This document shows, in pieces, positions 21,623 to 31,558 of a stretch of DNA of 64,000 nt. Below the pieces are notes generated by a model, which had not been told where the DNA came from, searched no databases, and saw only the letters and a program-made list of their open reading frames with translations. The DNA comes from Nitrospinaceae bacterium (GTDB lineage Bacteria > Nitrospinota > Nitrospinia > Nitrospinales > Nitrospinaceae). Within the stretch, counting starts at the first letter, position 1. Each line of letters begins with the position of its first letter. The translations under genes were made by a program, and so were the position numbers. The stretch spans positions 192,001 to 256,000 of the forward strand of contig OZ250172.1 of the NCBI GenBank assembly GCA_965237905.1, given 5' to 3'.

Positions 21623-22404
21623 ATGAATCCAATCCTACAGCGACCGTGGCTCTGGCTGATTATCATAGCCCTTTGTGCCAGCGGATGCACCCGCATCTTT
21701 GAAAACGACCACGACGCACAGGCCCGGCAAGCGTTACAGGACCTGATGGCGATCCAGGACCAGTTCCATAAAGAAAACAAACGCTACGCTAAAAATCTCA
21801 TTGAAATCGATAGGTACAATTTAAAATATCACAATGGGATCGTTTATCTCGAAATCGAATCGGCAGGTAAGAACAAATACCGGGCCATCTCCCTGCCGGC
21901 AGAATCCTCCACCGCGCGCGTGTTCGCCTACGACACCAGCCACGGCGGGTATTATGAGATGGGCGAGGAGGAAGTGGCGCAATACGTTCTGGGCGCTCTG
22001 AACCATATCCGCAAAGAACAAAGAGAGAAAGCAACTTTCGATTATTTGTCGGCGGGGATGCTGATCTGTCTTTTCTGTTCGGCACCCGCATGCTTACCCG
22101 GTACAAGGAACCCAGAACGGGCTGGGTGTGGTGGCCTTATTTCCTATGCCTGGCACCCCTCAGCCTGGCCGTGGCCGGGCTCAACCACATCGACAAGGAA
22201 ACTTCCTTCTCCACCGAACTATTGATCTTGATGGGTACGGGGTTTGGGGTGTCTGTACTTTGCCTCATACTCGCCGGCATTGGAATAACCAAAATCCCAG
22301 CCAAAGGCGAATACCATATACTCCAGGGCATCGCCATCTGCACCATTTTCATAGGCCTGTTCAGCGGGGTGATTCTGGCCCAATCCTACTTCAACTACTC
22401 ATAG
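21623..22404 (+). pseudogene. Frameshifted lipoprotein/membrane protein with a PilE-like N-terminal helix
   Basis: ORFs 21623-22225 and 22090-22404 join into one hydrophobic protein with a single indel near the TTTT at 22071-22074; ASGC lipobox; ARQALQDLMAIQDQFHKENKRY. Confidence 0.6.
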
Positions 22405-22547
22405 ACTAAAGGGAATGCGCTGTATTTTAAAGAAAGTTGATGACGAGAGAGAGCCCCCCCCAGACGCCCTGGTCGATGACAGTCAAATCCTCGCTTGTTT
22501 TGTAACGGGAATCGCCGGATAATGGCCCCTCAAGGAGCAATTCGCCA

Positions 22548-23591
22548 ATGATCAATTTGATAGGTTATCCGGAAGAAAAATTAAAACAGTTGTTTGCCGA
22601 CTGGGAGGTGCCCACCTACCGGATCCAGCAGGTGTTCAGCTGGGTTTACCTTCATCGCGTATGGCAGTTCGAGGAAATGACCAATCTTTCCAAGGACCTG
22701 AGAGCCCGCTTGGCGGAGCATTTTGTCATCGCGCTACCCCGGATTGCGGCCAAAACCCATTCGCAGGACGGCTCCATCAAATACCTGTTTGAGCTGGATA
22801 ATGGGTTGCAGGTCGAAAGCGTCTGGATGCCGGACGAGACGCGGAAAACCCTGTGCATCTCCAGCCAGGTCGGTTGCCGGCTGGCCTGCTCTTTTTGCCT
22901 GACCGCCACCCTGGGATTGAAAAGTAACCTGACTGCGGGGGAAATTATCGGACAGATCCTGGCCGTGAATAATGACCTGCCGGAGGAAGACCAAGTCACC
23001 AACGTCGTGATGATGGGGATGGGTGAACCCCTGGATAATTATGAAGAGGTATGCGAGGCCTTGCGATTGATGGCCTCCCCGCACGCAATGCGTATATCCA
23101 ACCGCAAGATCACTTTGTCCACCTCGGGACTGGTTGACCGCATCCAGCAGTTTGCGCAGGAAAACATTCACGTCAACCTGGCCATCTCACTCAACGCCAC
23201 GGAAGACGCCACACGCGACCAGATCATGCCTATCAATAAAAAATACCCCATTAAAACACTCATGGGTTGCCTGAAGAAATATCCCTTAAAACCCACCCGC
23301 CGCATTACTTTTGAGTATGTACTTTTGAAAGATATTAACGATTCCGATGAAGATGCAGTGCGCCTGGGCAAGTTGTTGAGCGGGGTCCGATGCAAAATCA
23401 ACCTCATTCCATTCAATGGCTATGACGGCTCGCCCTACCAGCCCCCATCGGAGGAACGCATCAAATCTTTTCAAAACTATTTGATCCAAAAAAAATTCTC
23501 CGCCTTTATCCGTAAGAACCGGGGAACGGATATTTTGGGCGCGTGCGGCCAACTGGCGGCCCAGACGATGACGGGCTCTCCGGTTCAATGA
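22548..23591 (+). CDS. rlmN: 23S rRNA (A2503-C2)-methyltransferase RlmN
   Basis: TLCISSQVGCRLACSFC, VMMGMGEPL, ITFEYVLL, GACGQL. Confidence 0.96.
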   Translation: MINLIGYPEEKLKQLFADWEVPTYRIQQVFSWVYLHRVWQFEEMTNLSKDLRARLAEHFVIALPRIAAKTHSQDGSIKYLFELDNGLQVESVWMPDETRKTLCISSQVGCRLACSFCLTATLGLKSNLTAGEIIGQILAVNNDLPEEDQVTNVVMMGMGEPLDNYEEVCEALRLMASPHAMRISNRKITLSTSGLVDRIQQFAQENIHVNLAISLNATEDATRDQIMPINKKYPIKTLMGCLKKYPLKPTRRITFEYVLLKDINDSDEDAVRLGKLLSGVRCKINLIPFNGYDGSPYQPPSEERIKSFQNYLIQKKFSAFIRKNRGTDILGACGQLAAQTMTGSPVQ

Positions 23592-23867
23592 TTATTTCCA
23601 ACTATTCTCACCCTTTATTCTTGAAGCGAAACCGTCCTTTTCATACCCTTAAATTCCACTTTTTATCAAGGTTTGGAGAACGCGTTATTGTATGTATTTA
23701 CAGCATTTATAATTCCCTTGACTTTAAAAAACCCCTATGATATTTCTCTAACCTTTTTGAAGGAAGTGTTAATTTTCCCCCTGGCGCAACTGAGCCGATT
23801 CATCAAAAAAATTAGAAGTTTCGCAATTTAATTTATTCTCTGACCTTTTAACTCCAGGAACTCTGCG

Positions 23868-25964
23868 ATGCCCCCAAGCAACGTCTCAGAGCAAAAATCC
23901 TTTTCATTCAAACTGATTCTTCTGGCACTGGTGGTGTACGGCCTGGCTCACCTGAGTCCGGCTCTGCCCTGGGTTTCCTCTTCCTCATTTTTAAATGCCT
24001 TGGGACCCCAAACCGTCCAGGCTGAAGAAGAAGATGAGGAGGAAGAAGATGAGGAAGACGAAGAAGAGGAAGAAGAAGGCGATGGAGAAGAAACTGCTGA
24101 GGGCGAAGAAGGCGCCGAGGAAGAAGATACTTCGTATCTTACCGATATAGGTCCCGCCCAAGAAATCATAAACGAGCCGTACACGTTCCCCGGATTGGGC
24201 AATCGAAAAGCGACCTGGGGAGCGGCGCAACTGCACATCCTGTTCGCCTCCTTTATTCTGGGTTGCCCCATGTTCGTGGTCATCATGGAGGTGATGGGCG
24301 CACGTAGAACCCAGGGAGTCCGCAAAGCGGTTATTCTCGCCAATGTGTTCATGGGTGTTCTGACCGGCGTCATCATCGGCATCATTGGTGAAATCATTGT
24401 CGACATTCATCATGGCGTGCTGTACGGGTTGTGGGCCTGCGCTTTCGCCACTCTGATCGTCAGTTTCCTGAACTATTTCCACGTCTGCATGAACACTAAA
24501 GTATCGTCTGTCGTGGGCGCACTGGTTGGAACTTTCTTTGCCTATCTTCTGGTTCCGATAGACCATACCACTGCTCCCGCCATCATTTTGGCGCTTGTGA
24601 ATGGCGCGGTAGGTGGTTTCCTGTCCACCGCCATCATGTTTGCCGAAGCGGATTACAAGTTTGAACGCCTTGCGCATGAAATCACCAAGGTCATCGGTTT
24701 CTGTTATAGCTTCACCGCATTGACGGGCGGGTTGTTCCTGTTCATCATGATGGTGGCCTACAAGGATTTTATCTCCTATCTGGTCACCGCCTATCCCATC
24801 CTGTTCATGATCGGGTACCCCACCCTGTTTATATTGGAAACCATTGTCCTGTATATTTACGTTTATTCGTGGGACCCATTAAACAAATCCAATAAAAAGG
24901 GACGGCACATCGTTCTGGGCGTCATTTTGAATATCCTGGGACTGTCGTTGTTGTGTGCGCTGGATGGACCGGCCACCTTCATGCAGACACCTCCCAAACC
25001 GTATGACGCGCTGTTTACCACGATGACCGAGTGGGACCGCATTGCGACCATGACGTGGATGCCGCTCAATTACCACCGTCTGGTGGGCAACGGCACCTTC
25101 GGCGGGTTCATGGTGGGGGTCATTTCCGCTTACATGTATCTCTGGTCCAAGGATCCCAAGGAAAAAGAATATTACGACTGGGTCGGTTACATGGGGAACT
25201 TTATTGGCGTGCTGTTCATGATTCCCCTACCGGCGATGGGCTACATCTTTGTCCGCGAAATTTACCAGTACGACGCCACCATCGGCATGTACATCATGTC
25301 CGATCGCGAGTCGATGTTCATGCTGGTGCAGGGTCTATTGATCGGCACCATGTTTGCGGCCAGTAATATTTATATGTGGGTGAGCATGAAGCGCATCGAA
25401 AATGCCCACCGGTTTTTCCCGGCGATGAAACTGGGCTTCATCCTGATTGTCATTGCGGCGACCATCTGGTTCACCCCGCGGCGGTTCTTCGCCACCATGC
25501 TCCCGGAACCGGGGATGAATCCCGACATGGTGTTGCCGGACAACCTGGCATTTCTGGCACTCATGGTCTCTAAAAATACCGCCGCGTTCGCTCTGGTGAC
25601 GGTGACGCTTATTAATTATATTTTCTATACGATTTCGACTCGAACCGGGAAAATATCCTGGGGGAAAATCAATCCCCTCGGTCCCTATATTCTCATTTTC
25701 ATGGGATTCACCGATATCTGGCTGATGAGTTGGATGGGCACCATCCGTGAGTTGTCCCGGATGAACTGGCATATTTATAAAGTGTTCAAGGATGTCACCC
25801 CGGGAAAATACGCGCCTTCGCTGGCGGAATCGGGTGTGTTCGTGACCGGCGTGGTGTGGACATTCTTTATTGTCATGACCCTGATTATCTGGCTGGGCAT
25901 CAAATATCCAAAAACCAAGAAAGCTGAGGAAGCCCCTGCGGCGGCACCTCAAATGGCTGAATAG
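23868..25964 (+). CDS. Cytochrome bd-like oxidase subunit I (alternative CydA)
   Basis: Polytopic; conserved His in AQLHILFASF and NYHRLVGN; ETIVLYIYVYSWD; GTIRELSRMNWHIY resembles the CydA ExxRxPW region; N-terminal acidic tract. Confidence 0.8.
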   Translation: MPPSNVSEQKSFSFKLILLALVVYGLAHLSPALPWVSSSSFLNALGPQTVQAEEEDEEEEDEEDEEEEEEGDGEETAEGEEGAEEEDTSYLTDIGPAQEIINEPYTFPGLGNRKATWGAAQLHILFASFILGCPMFVVIMEVMGARRTQGVRKAVILANVFMGVLTGVIIGIIGEIIVDIHHGVLYGLWACAFATLIVSFLNYFHVCMNTKVSSVVGALVGTFFAYLLVPIDHTTAPAIILALVNGAVGGFLSTAIMFAEADYKFERLAHEITKVIGFCYSFTALTGGLFLFIMMVAYKDFISYLVTAYPILFMIGYPTLFILETIVLYIYVYSWDPLNKSNKKGRHIVLGVILNILGLSLLCALDGPATFMQTPPKPYDALFTTMTEWDRIATMTWMPLNYHRLVGNGTFGGFMVGVISAYMYLWSKDPKEKEYYDWVGYMGNFIGVLFMIPLPAMGYIFVREIYQYDATIGMYIMSDRESMFMLVQGLLIGTMFAASNIYMWVSMKRIENAHRFFPAMKLGFILIVIAATIWFTPRRFFATMLPEPGMNPDMVLPDNLAFLALMVSKNTAAFALVTVTLINYIFYTISTRTGKISWGKINPLGPYILIFMGFTDIWLMSWMGTIRELSRMNWHIYKVFKDVTPGKYAPSLAESGVFVTGVVWTFFIVMTLIIWLGIKYPKTKKAEEAPAAAPQMAE

Positions 25965-25991
25965 CTTTTCTCAACTACTTCTGGATCGATT

Positions 25992-27260
25992 ATGAAGACC
26001 TTACCTAAAATACTGATCATCGCCGCCGCCGTTGGCGCCTTTGGATACGGGGTCGGTAAATTTTTCAGCATGTCCCCGCCCATCATGGCGGGAGCCATGG
26101 CGGGCCTCACCCTGCTCTATGGCTTTCTGCTGACCAAACAACACCGCCCTCCCAAGGAACAGGGATTTTTCAAAAATATCGCCACCAAAATTCCGGTCAT
26201 CGCGGTGATCGCGGTCATCTTATGGTTTGGTGCGGGGTATTTTGGTTTTCCTGTCTGGTGGCAGATCGAGTTCGTTTCCTTCTCCGTCATCGGCATGATC
26301 TTTTTTATCATCCTCGATTTAAAATCCATGAAGGTAGAAAGAGGAGCCGGCGATTCGATTGTGCGGTTGATAGGCACCTACGCTTTACCTTCAGCGCTGT
26401 TCATTACCATTACCGCTCAATTGCCTCAATTTGATCCGGAATATGAATTGGCCAAGCTGAACAGGCCCCCGGTCAAATTGAGCGAATTAGCTGGACCGGA
26501 AGTCATCGCGGCCGGGCGCGAAGTGTTTGAATCCAACAAGTGCTTCAACTGCCACAAGGTGTTTTGGGAAGGCAACTCGGACCGTGGCCCGAACCTGGGA
26601 TCGAAACAGATCGGATTGTATTCTGAAGATTATATTAAGGATCAAGTTCTGAATCCCCGTAAAAATCAGTCTCCTGGTTTTGAAGATAAAAAATCCAAAA
26701 AAGCCATGCCGACTTATTATGGCGAGGATTTGAGTGAGGACGAGTTGAGCGTTCTGGTTTCTTATTTGAAAACCCTGCGTGATCCCACTCATATGCCGGT
26801 GGAGGGAAAATTCCCCAATCAATGGACTTGGTGGGATGATGCCGATGTCGTGGCGGCGGGTAAGATAATTTTCGAAGGTAAAGAACCGGCCACGGAAGGC
26901 CTTAACTGCGCCGTTTGCCATGGCGCCGACGGTATTCCCATGATGACCGGAGCCTTCGATTTCCGTAATCCCGATAACATGGATACCAAGAAAATGGCGG
27001 ACCATCGACCTCTTAAGCTTAAGGACTGGCCCGATGATCTGTATTACCGGCGCGTCACCCGGGGTATCGACGAAACTGCGATGGCGCCGTGGGGCATGCT
27101 CCACCCGCATCTCTATCTATGGAAAGCGGAAGCCTACGCCCGCACCTTCCACGATCCATTGGACAAGCGGACCGCGAAAAAACCGGTGCCTCCTATCCCC
27201 ACCAAGGAAGAAATCGAACGGTGGAAGAAGGATGAGCTATTCCTTGATCCTCTATATTAA
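25992..27260 (+). CDS. Membrane-anchored diheme cytochrome c
   Basis: Several N-terminal TM helices; CFNCH and CAVCH heme motifs; Met-ligand candidates AMP and AMAPW. Confidence 0.9.
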   Translation: MKTLPKILIIAAAVGAFGYGVGKFFSMSPPIMAGAMAGLTLLYGFLLTKQHRPPKEQGFFKNIATKIPVIAVIAVILWFGAGYFGFPVWWQIEFVSFSVIGMIFFIILDLKSMKVERGAGDSIVRLIGTYALPSALFITITAQLPQFDPEYELAKLNRPPVKLSELAGPEVIAAGREVFESNKCFNCHKVFWEGNSDRGPNLGSKQIGLYSEDYIKDQVLNPRKNQSPGFEDKKSKKAMPTYYGEDLSEDELSVLVSYLKTLRDPTHMPVEGKFPNQWTWWDDADVVAAGKIIFEGKEPATEGLNCAVCHGADGIPMMTGAFDFRNPDNMDTKKMADHRPLKLKDWPDDLYYRRVTRGIDETAMAPWGMLHPHLYLWKAEAYARTFHDPLDKRTAKKPVPPIPTKEEIERWKKDELFLDPLY

Positions 27261-27289
27261 GATTAGTAATCTAACTATAACAAATACTT

Positions 27290-27330
27290 ACCCGAATCTG
27301 CTCTACTACTCAGCAGATTCGGGTTTTTAT
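27290..27330 (+). terminator. Rho-independent terminator
   Basis: ACCCGAATCTGCT-loop-AGCAGATTCGGGT followed by a T run. Confidence 0.85.
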
Positions 27331-27453
27331 TTCTACCCCGTTTATACCCCTTCTTGAGGCTTGGCCTCACCCGTTTTCCCCGTTTCCAGTGATATAATCT
27401 CTATTTAGGCATATATGGTTTCAAATATATGTCTTCTCCCTTAAATAAGGAGG

Positions 27454-28579
27454 ATGGTTATGAAACCCAATGGCAAACCTTTCAAGCAGAATTTAAAATA
27501 TAAACTGCCTGTTTTCGCGGTGGTGTCCGTGATCCTCTGGTTTGGAACCGGAGCACTGGGATTCCCCGTCTGGTGGCAGATCGAATTCGTTTCCTTCGCC
27601 TTCGTGGGATTACTCCTGTTCCTCCTGCTGGACATGCCGTCCCTGAAGCCGGAGACCCAGTCCTCGCAATCAATGTTTCGAATAATGGGAGCCTATGCCT
27701 TCCCGACAGTGCTGTTCATCAACCCTGACGGCACAATTGCCTCAATTTGATCCTAATCCTCCTGAGCCTCCAGATCCATGTCGCCACGGCGCTTGCGAAG
27801 GTGATAGTAAAGAAGCTATCGAAGCAGGGCGGCAGGTGTTTGAAAGCAACAAATGCTTCAATTGCCATCGGGTGTTCTGGGAAGGCAATTCTGACCGCGG
27901 ACCCAATCTGGGCACCAAGCAAATCGGACTCTATCCTAAAGATTACATTAAGGAACAGATTCTGGACCCGCGAAAAAAGCAATCTCCCGGGTTTGAAGAT
28001 CCTAAATCCAAGCGGGCCATGCCGGATTATTACGGTGAGGACCTGAGCGAAAACGAATTGAACGCTCTGGTGGCTTATCTCAGAACCCTACGCGATCCAA
28101 CTCATATCCCCGTAGAAGGAAAACTGGGGGATCAGTGGACCTGGTGGGACGATCCACAGATCATCGCGGAAGGACAAAAGGTCTATGAAGGACTGGAACC
28201 GGCCACTGTGGGGCTCAATTGTGCGGCTTGTCATGGTAAGGAGGGCACACCCATGATGACCGATGCCTTCGATTTCAGGGATCCCAACCGCCCGGATACC
28301 GACAAAATGGCGGACCATATGGATGTCACCCTGAAAGATTTTCCGGACGCGTTGTATTACAAGCGGGTCACCAAAGGCATCGACGGCACGGCGATGGGCC
28401 CCTGGGGCATGCTCTACCCTCATCTCTATCTGTGGAAAGCCGAAGCCTACGCCAGGAACTTCCACGATCCGCTGGACAAGCGGACCGCGAAAAAGCCGGT
28501 ACCTCCTATCCCTACTCAGGAAGAAATCGAACGGTGGGGAAAGGAAGATATGATCATCACTCTCGCTGGACCCGGTTGA
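27454..28579 (+). pseudogene. Paralog of the diheme cytochrome c, frameshifted (extra A at ~27721)
   Basis: ORFs 27454-27750 and 27695-28579 align end to end with 25992-27260; removing one A in TTCATC-A-ACCCTG restores LFITLTAQLPQFDP; CFNCH and CAACH intact. Confidence 0.85.
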
Positions 28580-28599
28580 GTATGATGATGGGTTTATCC

Positions 28600-28632
28600 A
28601 ACCGGTACGGGAACCCCGTAGCGGTTTTTTTA
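28600..28632 (+). terminator. Rho-independent terminator
   Basis: AACCGGTACGGG-AAC-CCCGTAGCGGTT plus T run. Confidence 0.7.
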
Positions 28633-28701
28633 TGTTCCAGACGATGGGAAATTGATATGATAGGATCCTAATTCAACCAGCATTTATGCAAGGAGTGGGG
28701 A

Positions 28702-29184
28702 ATGAGCCGGATTGATGATCTCATCAAGGAAAATCTTAGTGAAGACGGCACGGTGCTGAGTCTTCGCGAAAAATATATCGGACTACGGGGCACCATGGAA
28801 TTGTTCACCAAAGGTGAGATACTGCAAAAAGTTAAAGTGCTGACCTATTCAGGAAACCAGATCGGCGATGAAGGGGCGGAATCGATTGCGGAATGCCCGT
28901 ATTTGACGAATCTGGAAAACCTTGTCCTGAATCTCAATGAAATCGGCGACGAGGGAGCGGTACTCCTGGCCAATACGCCGAACCTGCCCAAGGTCACCCA
29001 AATGTCGCTGTTCGGCAATGTGATCGGCGACGAAGGGGCGCGGGCGTTTGCCGATTCGCCGCAGAGCAAGAAACTCATCAAACTGGATTTGTACAAAAAC
29101 CAGTTTTCTCCGACAGGTATCAAAGCTTTGACGGAATCGAAGAACCTCAAAAACTGCGAAGAGTTGGAAATTTATCGGGAGTAA
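28702..29184 (+). CDS. Leucine-rich repeat protein (RNI/GALA-like)
   Basis: 28-aa repeats N.IGDEGA..LA x3 plus a degenerate fourth. Confidence 0.85.
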   Translation: MSRIDDLIKENLSEDGTVLSLREKYIGLRGTMELFTKGEILQKVKVLTYSGNQIGDEGAESIAECPYLTNLENLVLNLNEIGDEGAVLLANTPNLPKVTQMSLFGNVIGDEGARAFADSPQSKKLIKLDLYKNQFSPTGIKALTESKNLKNCEELEIYRE

Positions 29185-29190
29185 TCCGGT

Positions 29191-29496
29191 TCAGGCAGAT
29201 GAGCCTGTTTGTTCGGCCCATTGCTCCGGGGTCAGGGTTTTGATCTGAATTGCGTGAATCACTTTAGGTGAGCCGTTGATTTGGTCGTCCAACGCGCTAT
29301 AGACCAGCCGCCGCTGATCGATGAGATTGGCATTTTCAAATTTGGAAGAAACGACGGTGACCGCGTAATGCCCTCCCCCGCCGGCGGCTTTGTGTCCACG
29401 GTGCAGATAACTTTCGTCGATGATGTCCACGTGGGACGCCTCAAGTTTTTCCTTTAATATTTGATCGATCAATTGAACCGCTTCATCCATAATCAC
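29191..29496 (-). CDS. bolA: BolA family protein
   Basis: DESYLHRGH...GGHY.V.VVS.KFE...RLVY.AL...IHAIQIKT.TPEQW. Confidence 0.88.
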   Translation of the reverse strand: MIMDEAVQLIDQILKEKLEASHVDIIDESYLHRGHKAAGGGGHYAVTVVSSKFENANLIDQRRLVYSALDDQINGSPKVIHAIQIKTLTPEQWAEQTGSSA

Positions 29497-29560
29497 ACCT
29501 GAAATTAAAATAAAATTATTGGTTTAAAATGCTTTTCATTATTTGGTAAGCTGGCAGGAA

Positions 29561-29767
29561 TTATTTAGAGTCCCGGGCATTCATATCGGGCAGATCGTAA
29601 AAATTCTTGAGATTATCAGCATACCGGGAATGCGCTTCGTTTTTGTCTTCGTCCACCAAACGGGCACGGCACTTGGCACATACCGGAATGCGGTCCGGCG
29701 AATACGACTTGATCCGGTTTTTAACGCCGCACTCGGGGCATTCAATGATAAAAATATCCTTGTCCAT
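29561..29767 (-). CDS. Small zinc-ribbon protein (TrxC N-terminal-like)
   Basis: IECPECGVKNRI...PVCAKCRARL. Confidence 0.7.
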   Translation of the reverse strand: MDKDIFIIECPECGVKNRIKSYSPDRIPVCAKCRARLVDEDKNEAHSRYADNLKNFYDLPDMNARDSK

Positions 29768-29826
29768 AACTTTTCCCTTATTGAGATGAAGGGTGTATTA
29801 TAGACCAAAGGAGCCTGTGATTTAAA

Positions 29827-30108
29827 ATGTTTGTTTTCACCACTCAAAACTTCAAGCAACTGCCCCTCAGGACGAAAATCGGGCTATTTCTAGCGATCGC
29901 TCTGGGAGTCACCCTGCTATTCCTGTTCGGAATCACCTTTCTGGTGATTGCGCTGATCGGCGGGCTGATCACTATGGTCGCCAATCTGTTCCGAGGCAAC
30001 CGCCCCCAATCGCGGCCTTTGCGTGATCCTTTTCCACCACGACGTCCCCCCTCTCAAAGACCCCAACCTCCCCGCAAAGTTGACGACGATGATATTATCG
30101 ATGTGTGA
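29827..30108 (+). CDS. Small membrane protein with Pro/Arg-rich tail
   Basis: Two TM helices followed by a Pro-rich tail ending DDDIIDV. Confidence 0.7.
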   Translation: MFVFTTQNFKQLPLRTKIGLFLAIALGVTLLFLFGITFLVIALIGGLITMVANLFRGNRPQSRPLRDPFPPRRPPSQRPQPPRKVDDDDIIDV

Positions 30109-30120
30109 CGGATTCGTCGA

Positions 30121-31527
30121 TTAGCGCGGTTTCTTGTATTGATGGGTGGATCGGCCCAGGTAAACTTCCGCCGCTTCCATGAGAGTTTCCGATAGTGTGG
30201 GATGGGGATGCACCGTTTCCGCCAAATCTGCGGCAGTGGCCTTGAGCCGAATGGCCAGGGCGGCTTCTGAAATGAGGTCTCCCACCCCAACCCCGACCAT
30301 ACCCGCTCCCAAGATACGATCTGTTTTGGGATCGATAATCAGCTTGGTGGCTCCATCATTTCTACCCAATGTACCGGCCCTCCCTGAGGCTCCCCAGGGG
30401 AATTTCGCTATGGCGACTTCGATACCCTTCTGCTTGGCCTCCAGTTCGGTCAGGCCGCACCAGGCGATTTCCGGATTGGTGAATATGACGGCAGGAATGA
30501 CCAGTGAATCATCAGCCGGGGAGTCTCCCAACAGACTGTCGACCGTCCTTTTGGCCTCATGTGACGCCTTGTGAGCCAACATCGCGCCGCCCACCACATC
30601 GCCGATGGCAAAAATAGAAGGGTCCGCCGTTCTTCCCTTCGGGTCGGCTTTCACGAAACCCTTATCGTCCATCTCCACCTGGGTGTTTTCGAGACCTAAA
30701 TCGGATGTGTTCGGTTGACGGCCCACCGAAACCAAAACACGGTCAAACTCCACTTCCTCCGGTTCCCCACCGGTTCCCTCTAAAACAACCTTCAGGCATG
30801 CTCCTGCGTCCTTTATAGCGGTGACACGGGTATTGAGATGAATGGCTTCGAACTCCTTTTTGAGCCGGGCCTGTAAAATACGGACCAGATCGCGATCCGC
30901 CCCCTGAAGCAGGCCATCCGTCATTTCCACTACGGTGACTTGGCTCCCCAAAGCGGCATAAACCGTTCCCATTTCCAGGCCGATATACCCTCCTCCAATG
31001 ACCAGCAGGCGTTCGGGGATTTCTTCCAATTCCAAAGCACCGGTGGAATCCATCAGCCGGGAGCCGACTCCTGTCCAATCCTTGGGAATGATCGGCCGCG
31101 AACCCACAGCAATGAGGGCGCGATCGAACGAGAGAGCCCCATGGCCTTCGACCCGCACGGAATGGGAATCCTCAAAAACAGCCCGGCCTTGTATCCATTG
31201 AATACCGCGTTGTTTGCAAAGTTGAGCCAACCCGCCCGTAAAGTCGCCGGTCACCTTTTCCTTCCAGGCACGAATCTTACCGATATCAAGGGTCAGTTTT
31301 CCAAAATGGACGCCCCAGTCCCCAGCGTGCTTGGCTTCGGAAATCAGTTTCGCCAGATGCAAAAGAGTTTTTGACGGAATGCACCCGCGCAGGAGGCAGA
31401 CTCCTCCCAACTGCTTTTCTTCATCGACGAGAGTCACCTGCATCCCCTTGTCAGCGGCCAGGAAAGCCGCGGCATATCCGCCGGGGCCACCGCCAAGTAT
31501 CAATAATTTCTGTTCGCTCATATACAC
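30121..31527 (-). CDS. lpdA: Dihydrolipoyl dehydrogenase
   Basis: GGGPGGY, GGVCLLRGCIPSK redox disulfide, GGGYIGLE, HPHPTLSE. Confidence 0.95.
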   Translation of the reverse strand: MYMSEQKLLILGGGPGGYAAAFLAADKGMQVTLVDEEKQLGGVCLLRGCIPSKTLLHLAKLISEAKHAGDWGVHFGKLTLDIGKIRAWKEKVTGDFTGGLAQLCKQRGIQWIQGRAVFEDSHSVRVEGHGALSFDRALIAVGSRPIIPKDWTGVGSRLMDSTGALELEEIPERLLVIGGGYIGLEMGTVYAALGSQVTVVEMTDGLLQGADRDLVRILQARLKKEFEAIHLNTRVTAIKDAGACLKVVLEGTGGEPEEVEFDRVLVSVGRQPNTSDLGLENTQVEMDDKGFVKADPKGRTADPSIFAIGDVVGGAMLAHKASHEAKRTVDSLLGDSPADDSLVIPAVIFTNPEIAWCGLTELEAKQKGIEVAIAKFPWGASGRAGTLGRNDGATKLIIDPKTDRILGAGMVGVGVGDLISEAALAIRLKATAADLAETVHPHPTLSETLMEAAEVYLGRSTHQYKKPR

Positions 31528-31558
31528 CGTTGCTTGTTAAGAGGAAATGAAGTTTGGA

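Noticed and set aside
28702..29184. LRR protein as a host-targeting effector
   Set aside because: No secretion system or export signal in view; such LRR proteins also occur in free-living bacteria.
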